NCBI GenBank assembly: GCA_965649765.1
Contig: OZ287755.1
Coordinates: 65,410,001 to 65,473,750 of the forward strand
Length of the DNA: 63,750 bases
Origin: Bispira polyomma
Lineage: Eukaryota
Direction: 5' to 3'
This document shows positions 42,311 to 55,586 of the stretch, piece by piece. The number at the start of each line of letters is the position of its first letter. The stretch's first letter is position 1. The translations under genes and the position numbers were made by a program. A model generated the notes under the pieces. The model had not been told where the DNA came from. It saw nothing but the letters and a program-made list of their open reading frames with translations, and did not search any database.

Positions 42311-44625
42311 GCTATCAATTATGTGTCACCAAAGAAAGAATTTTACAAAGACTACATAGAGTTCCTCACTTTTACTAGACTGTCATTTCAATACAACTGC
42401 ACTAGATGTTGGCATTACTAATGTACAAGAGATAAATATTATGTGAAATTCTTATAGAAATCGAGATCCTATAAATATAATCTCAAAGAACTTCAAAAAA
42501 ACTGGATTATACAAAAGCTAATATTGAGAGATTAATCATATACTGAGATGGATGAGTGAATTTGTTGATGTCCGGTGACAAGTTGACTGAGCTTTAATTG
42601 GCAGCAAATGAAGTGCATTTCCCTTGCCGCGAGAGAGGATGGAAGCTAGAAGGGGTGGGTGGGTTGCTTATGTAGACACATGTACTACTTAGTAACAGCC
42701 TTGCTCCCCTACTAGAACTCACAAACTGAAGATATAATGAAAGATAAGACTTCATTTTCTACTCCAATTGCAAAAGCATTACTACTGATATAAATTCTAG
42801 CTTCATTACCTTTTATGACGTCAACTGTTCGCCATATGAGATGTGACTACCAACATCTGAAATGTAATTTTTTTTTTTTTTTTTTTTGCGGGGGGATGTC
42901 TGTGCAGTTAGTTTCTTACAACTTATTGGCACTTATTCTGTCGTTGTCTGGAAATCAAAAACACCCTTTTCTTAAACTGACCAAAATAACACACCCGGTA
43001 ACACACACAGTACAACACCCAGCATCCTGTCACACTCCTGTCAGGTAACCATGGCAACCTTGATGAATAGTGATGCAGTAATTTTCTGGGATATTCCCTG
43101 TAAAAACATGAAGTACACCACACATCCACTTTTTTGATGAAGATGGAAGAAAGGGAAGCACAGAAAGATGTTGATTGGATTTTCAGCAGCAAATTCCCAA
43201 TAAAAGGAAATTTGTAAAAATCTGATTTTGAGTAATCAGGATGGTGTTTTATCTGGGTTTATTTTTAGTTTTTAGTTCATTAGAGAAAAATTTGTATTGA
43301 AATTCCCACCGGATATGAAAGAAACCTCACAAACAGAATTACTAGAGGTTTCTTGTGGATGATACCCTACCAACAAGTTGCTTGTATTTTGTTATTTTTC
43401 TTTACAATGACAAAAGTGCAAAAACAGATTAGGAATTGGTAGACAAAATACATGACAAGGGATACAGCAATATATAATGACAGTAAAATGAAACAAAAGA
43501 GTGTTTTTGGTACCAGCAAATTTAATCATTTTAACTAGACGTCCTACAAGTGAACCAAGAGCGCTTTATTGCACTTCATAATGAACTGTCACTTCAACTA
43601 TTGTCATCTTTTACAGAACTAATTTATACAATTTTTTTTTTTTTTTTTTTTTTGGGGGGGGGGGGGAAAGGGGGGGGGTTCCTTGGTATTTTACATATAT
43701 ATTTTTTTATTATCAAGATATATTATATTTGTTATACATAGGGAGTCAAATATAGTTTCAAAAAATCAATTGATAGGAGCAGAACATCCCAAATGTTATG
43801 CACGTAGTTATGACCAAATATTGCTGTTTTTTCCATATTTCCCAGGTTAACCCTATTGTAATTAGAGATTGTCTCAGATTTAACAGCCACACAATTATTA
43901 ACCCCTCTTAAACATGCAAAGTGCAGATGAATCCACAATAAATTACGACTTCCACTAATCAATTAACTGGAAGTGATTTGTCTAGCTCTTTCCCAATACA
44001 GTTAAAGTAGCAAGATTAGCTAGAATCAAAATTGACCAAATTATCATTTCTAAGCGATACACAAGAATGATTTATCATTATGGGACATATACTTTTCACA
44101 CAACATAATAATAAAAGTTAAAACATTTTCATTGTCGATTAATTTCTACTATTCAAGTTCATCATCAAAAATTGGAAATTGGAACAAATACAGTAAATGA
44201 TCAAAATTGTATGAAGCTTAGTCAAATTGCATTTTCTTGGTAATACAAGAAAAAGTATAAATCTATATTATCTGTGAAAAACTAGATTTGTCTTTTTGTT
44301 GTATGATAAGTTACTTCCGATCACAATATCCCCTTTAACATACCGATTCCTAAATACATTTTAATCAAAATTAATATAAATATAATATTAGGCATCATGA
44401 ATACATGTGATAGATACCAAACTTTGGTTAATGACATTAGTGAGTAGAAAAAAATTATTTAATTTGAATCCACAAAAAAGTTACAGAATTTTTCAATATG
44501 GTATTTATTATTGATTTTATTGGTTTACAATATTGTAATGAATGTTATAACAAAATCAAGAAATTTAGGAATGTGTTCTTTGTGGGGGTTTCCCCTTTTT
44601 ATCTCCAACTACTCCTCCTCTGTGT

Positions 44626-44867
44626 AAATTTGAATTTTGGATATTTTACGTCCACTCTAGTACTTTTTGGGACGGGTAGTTGGAAACGCTGGAGGAAACA
44701 ATGCATACAGTCGGTCAAGGTTCTGCACTGAAACCAGCGGCCCACAGTAAGGAACTACCACCTTCCCACATAGGCATCGACGGGATTCGAACTCACGCCG
44801 CCCAGAGGTGAGAGACCAGTGATTCTGAAGCACAATGCTTGCTAACCACTAGGCCACCGTGGCCCTC
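44626..44867 (-). mobile_element. Full-length SINE family A
   Basis: Reverse complement of 40564-40822, with 14-bp target duplication CTCCTCCTCTGTGT (44612-25, 44868-81). Confidence 0.95.
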
Positions 44868-45149
44868 CTCCTCCTCTGTGTCTTCTGACATTAAAAAGTG
44901 ACTGATTCAAAAGTTCTGAAACTTATAAAACATTTACCCACCAAATCTTGTCTACTAGACCCTTGGCCTATTTCACTCGGTAATCCATGGCCTATCACTT
45001 GTTGACAGTGCATTCCCTGTTGTCTTTGACATACCTGCAAAATAAATATCTCAAAAACCATTTTTTTTAACCCACACATTTTCAAACATACAATTTTTAT
45101 CAAAGGCTTGATTAAAATGTTGAACGAAAACATCAAAAAGACAATGTCA

Positions 45150-45445
45150 CACCAGGCTCTTTGAAACCTACAGAACTTTGAATATCAGATGATTCTCCTA
45201 ACCTGTAGAATGATCTGCCTCATGATATTCGCACTGCCTCCCCACCTATTCTAGACTGAAACTCAAAACCTACCTTAAAAACTTAGCAAGGCTTTTGCAC
45301 CTTCTTCTCCCTTACTCTCTGGCTTCTCTGTGGTTATGACCCCGTTATGTCCAATGGCTATATGAATTTATGAAAATTATTTTCTACCTAGTGTGCCCTA
45401 CTTACGATGATTGAGTGCTATAAAAGTTAAATTAGATTAGGTTTA
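45150..45445 (+). mobile_element. Degenerate L2-type LINE 3' end
   Basis: Translates to PNL*NDLPHDIRTA...LKLKTYL, matching the L2 ORF2 terminus APxLWNxLPxxIR...LKTYL. Ends GCTATAAAAGTT plus a (TTAGA)n tail. Confidence 0.6.
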
Positions 45446-45822
45446 GATTAAAACATGGTCATGTTTAAAAGGCAGACAAATGCCCCCCCCCCCTTCCCCC
45501 CCCCCCCTCTTCCACACACACAAAAACCAAAAATAAAAAAAAATAATAATAAATAACCTGATATACAGAATAATCTTTGCCCATGTAATGCAATGAAAAG
45601 AGAAGGTGTAATTTGTGATCAAGTCAGCCAACTACAAGATGCTAATGAAATCCACCCCTGGATAGAAATTATTGACCACTTTTTGGATTTTGACTTACTG
45701 TGGATTATTGTCAGATGCCTATCCAATATTATATTTCAAAAGTTTAAAACTTTTTAGCTGGACTTACATATATTCAATAATGTCAGCTCTTTTAAAAATG
45801 AAACAGCCTTTTCCAATATGCT

Positions 45823-45976
45823 AGGTCCACAGTGGCCGAGTTGTTAGCAAGTTTGGCATCTAATCACAGGCTGTCACCTCTGTGTGGGTTCTCCTCCCTC
45901 AAGTGACAAATGCTGTGGGCCTGTCCCAATATGACCCTGGCTGTTAAACAGGACGTAGAACCCTAAACTTTGACTG
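45823..45976 (+). mobile_element. Short tRNA-derived SINE
   Basis: A-box-like GTGGCCGAGTTGTTAG head. 3' part CCTGTCCCAATATGACC...GGACGTAGAACCCTAAAC is related to the family A 3' end. Confidence 0.65.
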
Positions 45977-46021
45977 TGTAAAGGCCAGGTTGAAAGAGTT
46001 TGAGGCGGACAGACAATGAAT

Positions 46022-46262
46022 TTGAATTTGGATATTTAACGTCCACTCTAGTACCTTTTAGTAGGTTATATTGGGACGGGTAGTTAGAAACGCTGGAGGA
46101 AACACTGCATACAGTTGGTCAAGGTTCTGCAGAGAAACCAGCGGCCCACAGTAAGGAACTACCACCTTTCCCACATAGGCATCAAACTCACGCCACCCAG
46201 AGGTGAGAGACCAGTGATTGTGAAGCGCAATGCTTGCTAACCACTAGGCCACCGCGGCCCCC
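46022..46262 (-). mobile_element. SINE family A (small deletion through the B box)
   Basis: Reverse complement of 40564-40822, with 16-bp target duplication CGGACAGACAATGAAT (46006-21, 46263-78). Confidence 0.95.
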
Positions 46263-49200
46263 CGGACAGACAATGAATGGAGGAGGCTGTATATATGACA
46301 TTATTATTAGATAGGCGGGCTTTACTTGTAAGTTAGCAATGATTTTTTTATATTCTAAAATACTTGTAATTCCGAGTTTGCCGGGCATTAATAAAAAAGG
46401 CTGAACCATTAACAGCTCACCTCTGACGTCACATTTATATACATCATCACCAAATAAAGATTATTGTATTGTGACGTCACATAGTCTCAAGATGTACGCA
46501 GAATACCATATTTGTAAATCTCAGCGAACACTTTCTGTTTAACATATAAGGGTATTGATCCAGCAAATACGAAATATTTTTTTAAGCACTCTGTAAATTG
46601 TGTAGACATATAAAGTAGTTTAAAACATCTCTATATAATCACTTAAGTGTGTTCAGCATGTTCAGTGATGCAAGATTTAGCAATTGTAATATTACCCTTG
46701 GTAATAAGTGATGTTAATAATGAGAAATAGACATATTATATTATATATTAGTTTGTTAAGATTAGTCAATTTGTTAGGTGTTATTTGATCCTGTGAATTT
46801 GATTCAGTATTGTTTATACAATAAACAGTAAAATATCAGGATTTATAGTAGTTTTCAGGTTGTTTTTTTATATCTCATAATAAAAGTAATAACGTGATTT
46901 TTTACGGGTGTTATAGGTTTTAGCGGCAGGAAATTAAGCCCTTTGGATGTTAATGATTAAAAACCCTCCAAAATCACATTATTGTACTATTGTCTTGAAG
47001 GAGTCAGATTAGTTTCGAGTTAACAAATTAAGTTAGAGTTTTTACGATTCAAAAAACTAATACACTATATTCACTTTTATTCACTAGTTTGCACATCACA
47101 TGACACTTTACATGTTTTTGCATTACACCACCTGTCCCTGACTAGACTTCAAGTCTGCCACTGTGGCCAAATGGCTGACACTCCCCACTTAGCACAATGC
47201 AGGGAGCCTAGATTCCAATCTCTGTCAAAAAGCTGATCCCACCTTACACGGTCTTACCACAATATACTGATATACAGATATACTGAGCATAAGACATATT
47301 TACAGGTACATTAAAAGGCAATGTCATACCTCTATACCATATCTAGAACTGTAAATAAACCTTTTGCTGGCAGGTGTGTGTAAGAACAATAATGGAGAAA
47401 TACGTGTATATGTCGTTTCAGTACTTTATATCTCGATGTTTGGAATATCAATGACATGTTTGCTACTGCATTAGTTACTGCATATGTTTCTTTAATAATA
47501 AGCCATATTTGGAAAAAAAGAGAAATATTTTACCACAAAGAACCACCTGCAACACATGGTACAGAAATACAAGAAAATAATTCCAAATTATTCTAATACC
47601 TAGTACTGTAGATGCTAAAACAGACAGAAAATTTGAAATGCAAACATTGTGTTATATGCTTTAAGGTTATTCCAATTCTGGGTGATCAACTGATAATATC
47701 TAACCTGTGTTTACTTGGTTAGTGACATTTATTACAAACTTTACTACCTAGCTTTAAACAAATGATCCCCCATTTGATTGAACAAGAAATGACAGTAATT
47801 GGAAATATCTGGCAGTATTCTCTAACAAATCTTAAACTCACGTCAGACTGATGCTCAAATCTAACAACATTCTAATATACATAAAATATTGCTGCATATA
47901 TGAAATCAATGCTGAAAGCTCTATTAAAATGAATAGCCACAAGTATGTTATTTTCCTTTGAAATAGTCACACATACCGTTCACTTGAGTGTGGGTTTTAT
48001 CTTTGGAGTGTCTTTGGAGAATACATGCCATGGGGTTAAATTGCAGCATGCATGATTAGGTGGGGTTAATAGTAATGATTCAGTACATTAAGGCCAAGGT
48101 CTCGGGTAAACATGGAACAGTCACTACAGCCTTATAGAACATTAAATCTCTTCAAACCTGGAATTATTGTATAAACTCATTTGCTCAGATGACATTACTG
48201 TCAAAACTGAAATTTTTAACTGGCATAAATGTTATTTTATATTTTCACTTTTGTCCATTTTTACTCATATACATTATAAATACAAAGACTTACCTTTTCA
48301 TCAATAATAAGAATTTTCACTATATAAGCTCCTTAGTGAAAATAATTAAAATTAATTCCTGGTTATCAATCCCTCTTATATAGGGAGACTTGGTAGTGTT
48401 ATGGTAACACACACGCCTCCCAGCTTTGAAGACATGGTTTTGAATTACAATCCGGTAGTTTATTTTCGAAAGTTAGACATAGACTTGCTAAAGGTCAGTG
48501 GGTTTGCACAGCAGAAAAAAACCTTTGACTAACGACCTTCTTCTGAATCCTACACCATTGCACTTCTGGTGATATGGCACAAGTTATGTTGGAAGCGACA
48601 TTAAACTAAGCCATGCTCACATACATAGTACTTTCTCTGCATTAAATGCTCCAGCAATTTGTCATGATTTGGCAACTCTCTCCCTTTGTTGTGGAGTGTG
48701 GAAATCTATCAAATGTGTAGTTAGTGAGTGAGAGAGAGGTATCGAATATATTTACGGACTTGCAGTACTTCAAGTATGATGCCACCTACAGTTAGGACTA
48801 CTAAGTAAACTTACATGATATTAACAGTCACAATCCAACTCTCACTACTTTGTGAATCTTTCATTATAGGCACCTATTCTGGGGCAGGAGAACAATTTAA
48901 ACTTATCTCTTCAAACTTTCGTATGTCCCATAGTTCCCTCCCTGTACATTTTCACATACTTTCTCCTTGTTTGTTGGACTCGATCAGTTAATTGATTCTG
49001 TCGTCGTTTCAGAAGATGCCTTGCATTAAAATACAAAATGTGATACATGTCCTTTAGCTTCTTTTGCTGGTGGAGGAATAGATCAAAAGAAAAAAACAAT
49101 AAATGTTGGATCCAGATAGAAGGGAGGATTTTTGAACGTTCTTTCACATTTTGTTTTTCTACTCTGGCACCTTGGCAGAGGTATACTCTGTTACTGAGTG

Positions 49201-50929
49201 TACTTGCTGTTTGTTAAAAGGCTGTATCAGTAGTCATGGCTTGCCTGTATAGTTTCTTGCAGTACATAATTAGCTGTTATTTCCAGGTTGTGCTCCACAA
49301 AATATCACACAGTCAATATGTCTCTGGCATTAATGATGAAACAGATCCAATGGCGATTTACTCAGATTTGTTAGGTGGCCTCTACCCCTTTCACTACATG
49401 AGTATAAATATACACACTCTCCCACTTGATCAAGAAGGGTGCTATAAGGTCCCAGCTTTACTGAGACAACAAATTACTCTCTCCATAGATCAATGTAACG
49501 AAACTAAATAAGATTGTTATGGTAAATGGTTTTAAAACTATATATAGCTGGCAAAGATGTAGTGATTCATAATTATTTATTCTATAATCGTACCAAAAAC
49601 TGTGCATTAATGGTTTAAACAATTAATTATAATTGTAAAAAAGAAAGGATGGAAAAATTAATTATGTATAAATATCTTATCCTATAACATGCACTCATTA
49701 CACAAGTTGGTAATACAATTGGGGTTCCTATCACTTTGGTCATATTGTGATGGCCAGATATACTGGCGGAGGAAAGCAGTACAATTTGCACCAGAAAAAA
49801 CCCTGACTTTGGGCAAAAATCAGGCAATCTTTGCCACATAGATGAAACAGTGACTTTCGTTCAAACTGTCCTCTCAGAGGTGAGAGACAATTGATGCATA
49901 ATTATAAACACTAGGCCACCACCGCCCTCCGAATAAATTAAAATGCTTGAATATGGAGTTAGTTGGGGAAGAAAGTTTGAGTCAGGAACATACAAAAAAC
50001 GAAAGTGAAAGTTGGAATTACGAACATCCCAAAAGCGAAAGTTGGCATCAGGAACATATCAAAAACGAAAGTGAAACTCCACATAACCATAGTAAGTCTC
50101 AGCTACAAGTAAATTAATCTTTGTCAATGCAATAATTTGCCAAGTATATTGCTGATAAAAGGACAACAACCAATGATGAATTATAAAAGAGAAATATTTT
50201 ATTAAGGCACCTCAAATGGAAACAAGAAAAGGGTATAAAGTATTTTAAAAAATAATTGTGAAACAGCCTCAGATTCTACTGTAAATTTAGAGATTTCAAC
50301 AATTTAATTATCTTTCCCGTATTTACACTCCAATAAAAATACAGGTTATACCTCTAAGTTGGGATAGCAATGATTGATGAAATCCTGGATTCTAGATGAA
50401 TAAATGAAGGAAACAAAAATGTAGTAATTTAATTATATTAAAAGAGAGAACCGCCACCTTTAATGTAAGCCTAATTTAATACGTCCGTAAATTAGACTTT
50501 AACACAATGTGATGGTTGCATAATCTGATTAAGGGAAAAAATAGGCCCATGCAAGATTTATTACAATCAGAATCACAACCTATATTTTTTATTGGCGAAG
50601 CCTGTCTTATTTGTCAGAGGCAGTTGTAAATCAAATACCATGTGGACTGTAAAGCTTTTACAACCCAAAGAATTTATTTATTTGTATATAATTAGGTTAA
50701 ACGTCACTTTTAAAAGCTTAGGTCAATATCACAACGGCCAGATTTAACGGTAGAAGAAACCCATGCTGAAGCACTGTAATCTACAAACCGACAGAAAGTA
50801 CATGACATATTTTCTCAGATAAAAGAACAAGCTAGATTTAAACCTACATTGGGGACCAGCCATTGTGAAGCCAACATGTCAAATCACTAGATTTGTGCTT
50901 TTTGTATTGCAATATGGATTTAGAAGGTG

Positions 50930-51420
50930 TTCTATTGTTGCTAGGTAGCTTCCAAAGCTCAACATTAAAATTAAAACACAAAGTGATAGTCCAACATATA
51001 CATAGCCAAGTCATAAGGAAGGTTATATTAATGACCTGTGGTTAGTAAGTAAGTTTAAAAAGGTGAGAAAAAGGTATTTGTTGCGATCTCAGTTCAACTG
51101 GGAGGTTTTTACAAATAACCTAGTAAGAGCCAATGATAAAGCCGCCCATACCCAGCCATTCTGGTGTGTCTGACAGAAGAGTTTATTACTTCTTTTAATT
51201 GTTGCTGAAAGACAACAGAAAAGCTAGGTAAGAAGGCTAATGAAGATATTCAGCCTTGAATATGGTGACATGGATTGCAGCTACAACAGAAAGTGGAAAC
51301 ATTAATCCTGGTTCGTTTGAGATCTGTAATATGATAGCAATTTGTAATGTGCGCATCAAAATTAGGTCCGAGGGTAACACCTAAGCTCTTGACATTATCA
51401 GAAGGCGATGTATATTTTTC
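50930..51420 (-). mobile_element. Degenerate L2-type LINE fragment
   Basis: ORF-track peptide SPSDNVKSLGVTLGPNFDAHITNC matches the L2 ORF2 motif PSxxVxNLGVxLDxxLSFxxHI. A downstream NLPVELRS remnant is also present. Confidence 0.65.
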
Positions 51421-52224
51421 CCCCTTTTTCTTGCAGTACTGTATCATCTGTTTCAAGTTTGGATATGTTCACCTCCAATGGATCAAAATAAGTCCATGCA
51501 AATATATAGCAAAAAAGATGTTCAAAAGCTCTTTATTGTCACTAGTGAGAATCAATATGATGCACTATTCTGCCATAGCACCCCAACATTTCTGTGATAA
51601 ACATTCACCAGTGTGTCTGTAGTTTTGAATTGATGTATACAACACAGGGGAGTTCTTATTATTTTATTTCATCTTATATTTTATATTGTAGTACTGTTTA
51701 TAATGACTACCTGTTCAGAACTGGTGAGCTTTCCCTGTATATTTTGTAACTGGTCTCAGGACCTTTTTGATCCCATACACATTTTATTATCTATTAATCT
51801 TCCAAGGTGTTGTCAGCTTCACCCAAATAATCTGGTTACCTACTAACCTTCCTTAGGCTCTTCTGAACACTCTAACACGAATAAAGGGGGAGGGGGTGGT
51901 TAAAAAGTTACAATTAAAAACAGAAGCAGCTACAACTAAATCATTTGTTTTGATCACAAAAATTATTAGTAAAAAGTAGTTTTTAAGCTAATGGCCAAAA
52001 TGCACCTAATATAGATGCAGTGTCAATGCTTAACTTATGCATACAGGAGTAGGTTTTTTATACTTCAAACAAACACTTCATGTAACACTTAAAAGCAGAA
52101 ACCATGACCTACTGACAACAAGTGCACACAATAATTTTCTCACACAGGCTGCCTCTTCAATATCACAAAAGGCCCAATTTATTTACTCCCAAACCAGCAC
52201 CAGAGCAGCTGTTCTCTCTTAGTC

Positions 52225-53105
52225 ATTGCATGATGTCTAAAAGTTAAAGCCCTGTTTCCATACCCATGTAAAAAGCCATCCCTTACTTGTGATTGCACCA
52301 TCTCTAAAGGTTAATGTCCTGTTTCCATACATCGGTACTTTGTGGTTACATCATCTCTAAAGGTTAATGTCATGTTTCCATACATCAGTACTTTGTGGTT
52401 ACACCATCTTTAAAGGTTAATGTCCTGTTTCCATACATCTGTACCTTGTGGTTACATCATCTTTCAGGGTTAATGTCCTGTTTTCATACATCGGTACCTT
52501 GTGGTTACATCATCTCTAAAGGTTAATGTCCTATTTCCATACATCTGTACCTTGTGGTTACACTATCTCTAAAGGTTAATGTCATGTTTCCATACATCTG
52601 TACTTTATGGTTACGTCTTCTCTAAAGGTTAATGTCCTGTTTCCATACATCTATACTTTGTGGTTACATCATCTCTAAAGGTTAATGTCCTGTTTCCATA
52701 CATCCGTACCTTATGGTTACATCATCTCTCAGGGTTAATGTCCTGTTTCCGTACATCAGTACCTTGTGGTTACATCATCTCTAAAGGTTAATGTCCTGTT
52801 TCCATAAATCTGTAACTTGTGATTGCATCATCTCTGATGTTTAATGTCCCATTTAGACACACACGTAAAAGTCATCCATATATATCATTAAAACATGATC
52901 ACTAAACGTTAATGCCCTTTTTCCATACACGCATAAAACATCATCCGTGCCTGGCGATTGTATGATTTCTAAAGGTTAAAGCACTGTTTCCATAGGTACC
53001 TTGTGATTGTATGATTTCTAAAGTTTAATCCCCTGTTTCAACACGGAGATAAAAGTCATCCCTGAGATTGCATGATGTCTGGAGGTTAATGCTATGTTTC
53101 TATAC
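52225..53105. repeat. Intronic minisatellite: ~10 homogeneous 53-bp units flanked by longer, older units
   Basis: CTCTAAAGGTTAATGTCCTGTTTCCATACATCnGTACyTTGTGGTTACATCAT with 53-bp period from ~52302 to ~52830. Confidence 0.95.
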
Positions 53106-53521
53106 ACACACGCATTGGTTAATTGATTCTGTTGCTGTGCTTTAGAAGATGCCTCACATCAATGAGGCACGTTAAAACTGCATAATACAATACAAATGCA
53201 ATCAAAGTCATCTATACCTTGTGATTTCATAGATAATACATATATCAGAAAGTTTAACTGCATTATATTTGATGTGACCACAATCTCCTAATTCAGTTTG
53301 TATGGTACATATATCAAACCACTAGATTTTATTAGATTATATGTGATAGCAATCTCCTGGGTTAATTTTTATGATACAAAGTATCAGAAAGCTTGATTTC
53401 ATTGGATTATATGTTATAACAATCTCCTGGTTCAGCATATTAGGAAACTAGATTGAATTCGACTTTTAAATTGTGTGTGCAGTTAGTATGATTTGTGTAC
53501 CTTCCTTTTGTATTTTTGTAG

Positions 53522-53694
53522 CATGCTCTTGGTGTGACCTTGATACCAGTGACACTACCATCACAGACAGTCAGGGCTACCCACATAGTGTGTACATCAG
53601 TGTCACACGTGATGGCAGTGTGTGGATCAGGGTGGGTGTAGACTACATGTCTGATGACTGGGTGTATGTGGATGAACATTCCAAGAAATTACAG
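53522..53694 (+). CDS. Coding exon 2 (ACSWCDLDT...VYISVTRDGSVWIRV...KKLQ)
   Basis: Pyrimidine-rich acceptor TTTTGTATTTTTGTAG|, phase 1. Ends either at a GC donor (CAG|GCAGGT, 53695) or at a GT donor (53699); see findings. Confidence 0.85.
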
Positions 53695-54381
53695 GCAGGT
53701 AGATTTATATACCAGAAGTGGATTTTTGACCAACTTACTTGCTCTGATTTCCCCCACCAGTGAACTGCATGTCGTGGTATGACACAAGACATCTAGAAAG
53801 TAATGTTAACTAAAATAAGCCACAAGTTATTATACCATGCATTTTTAACACGGTGGGCTTCTGTGGCATAATGGTTTATGACTCGATCGGGTGATTAAAG
53901 TGTGCTTGGTTTCATCTTCCAGTTAATGCCTCATTGGTCATCATCCTTTGAGTTTGTCTTTGAAAGTTTAATAATCGAAAGCATGTCAACCTGAACGTTA
54001 TTTCACAATGTCTTCTGTAACTATTTTGTGTTTATAGTTAGTGCAGTATTTCCATGCATTGCAGTATCTCCATATATTTTGCAGTATATCTCCATATTTC
54101 CTCATAGTCAAAACATTAATTGGCCTATTTGAATGAATAAAAACAACCAAGAGAGATAAAGATAGGTTTCAGGATGACTTTTGCTGAACATTTCAAATCT
54201 GTGATAGCGTTTCACTGGGGTTAGGGAGAGGTGAGGGTGAGTGAGGACTATAGCTTCAAGTGGGCATCCCTGAGCCAACATCTGCCTATAAGCGGTATAC
54301 CACCAACTCTCTCTCTCTCTCTTCTAACATGTATCCCAGTATGTATCTCAACAGTGGCAGATGCTGTGATTGTCTCATAGA

Positions 54382-54609
54382 TTTGAATTTTGTCAGGTTT
54401 TACGTTGCTTTCAAAGGCTAAGAAATATATTTTGATGGCCAAATTTAAGGGTGGAAAAAACCAGTGCTGAAGCAGTTTAGACTGCCAACCTATGGCAAGT
54501 ACCTAACAAATTTTGACACTTAAAGGAATGAATGGGATTGAAACCCACATTGTTGAGATGTCAGTGATTGTCACGCTAACACTTCTAACCACTAGGCCAC
54601 CGTGGCCCC
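54382..54609 (-). mobile_element. Full-length tRNA-derived SINE, family B (others ~50680-50890 -, 58249-58430 +, 61545-61730 -, 61731-61943 -)
   Basis: Head GGGGCCACGGTGGCCTAGTGGTTAG on the - strand, (AAATTC)n tail, and 12-bp target duplication TTGTCTCATAGA (54370-81, 54613-24). Confidence 0.9.
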
Positions 54610-55361
54610 GATTTGTCTCATAGAAGAAGTTTTACAGTATATATTTTATTACATGTCAATATACATTTCAATCAAAGGGGAGATTCTCGCATATATCAAT
54701 GTACACACTATTGACATCAAGGTTACGCGGTTGGCATATAAGAACAGATTATGTGACAAATAATGTATGTTTTGCAGAAGGTATTAATTGATGATGCCAT
54801 TGTCGGAATTGTTGTTTTAATGGAAAATTTAGCTGGAACATATTTGGTGATGAAAACATTAATAGTAATTCATTTAAAGTCACTTTTACTTTTTGCACAA
54901 TATCATTTTAATTTATACCTAGTGAAATTTGTATTTTCTCAGTATTGCAGGTTAATGCTTATATTTAGTGTAATTTGCATCTGATGACATACCCAAATTA
55001 GTAGCTATGGATATATTGGCTTAAAGTCTGTATAATCATTGCTTATGAAGTGATTCAAAAAGCCGAAAAGACAAGAGTGTTCTACAAAACAGGACCCCGA
55101 CTTTATAAAAATTCTCAAAATAACAATGTAACCTTTTGGTTTCCACCACATTTACAACCAACATATTCAAATTCCTCACTGAAAGCTCCGTTAAAATGAA
55201 TGATAGCAGGTCTAAGTTTTTCTTATCAATAGAGAAATGTACATATTTGGTAGTTGAGTTTTTGTTTAGGACCTTTGCTAAATGTAATCCCTATAGTTTG
55301 TAATGTTTACAATTATTTTAATGGTGACTTTCTTTTTTTTATACACATTATTTATTTTCAG

Positions 55362-55586
55362 GTGAATATTCTGTCACCAGAAACCATTTCCATGTTGCCT
55401 TTATTTAACTCCACTGACTACTGTGTCCAGACGGATGTAGACCTTAAGGTGAAGATGATCAATGGGTGGCACCCTTCATTTATCAAAACCTACACGCCTT
55501 CCACAAAACAAAGCCATATTCTCACCTTCCAAAATGACGGCAACTGTAACAAGAAAACTATACTGTCTCTGGCCAGCAACAAACAG
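55362..55586 (+). CDS. Coding exon 3 (VNILSPETI...FNSTDYC...LASNKQ)
   Basis: Acceptor TTTATTTTCAG|, 225 nt open, donor CAG|GTAGGG, phase 0. Confidence 0.87.

Noticed and set aside
27112-46409. ORFs 27112-27318, 40595-40777, 44498-44731 and 46188-46409 as genes
   Set aside because: They are chance frames through SINE family A copies.
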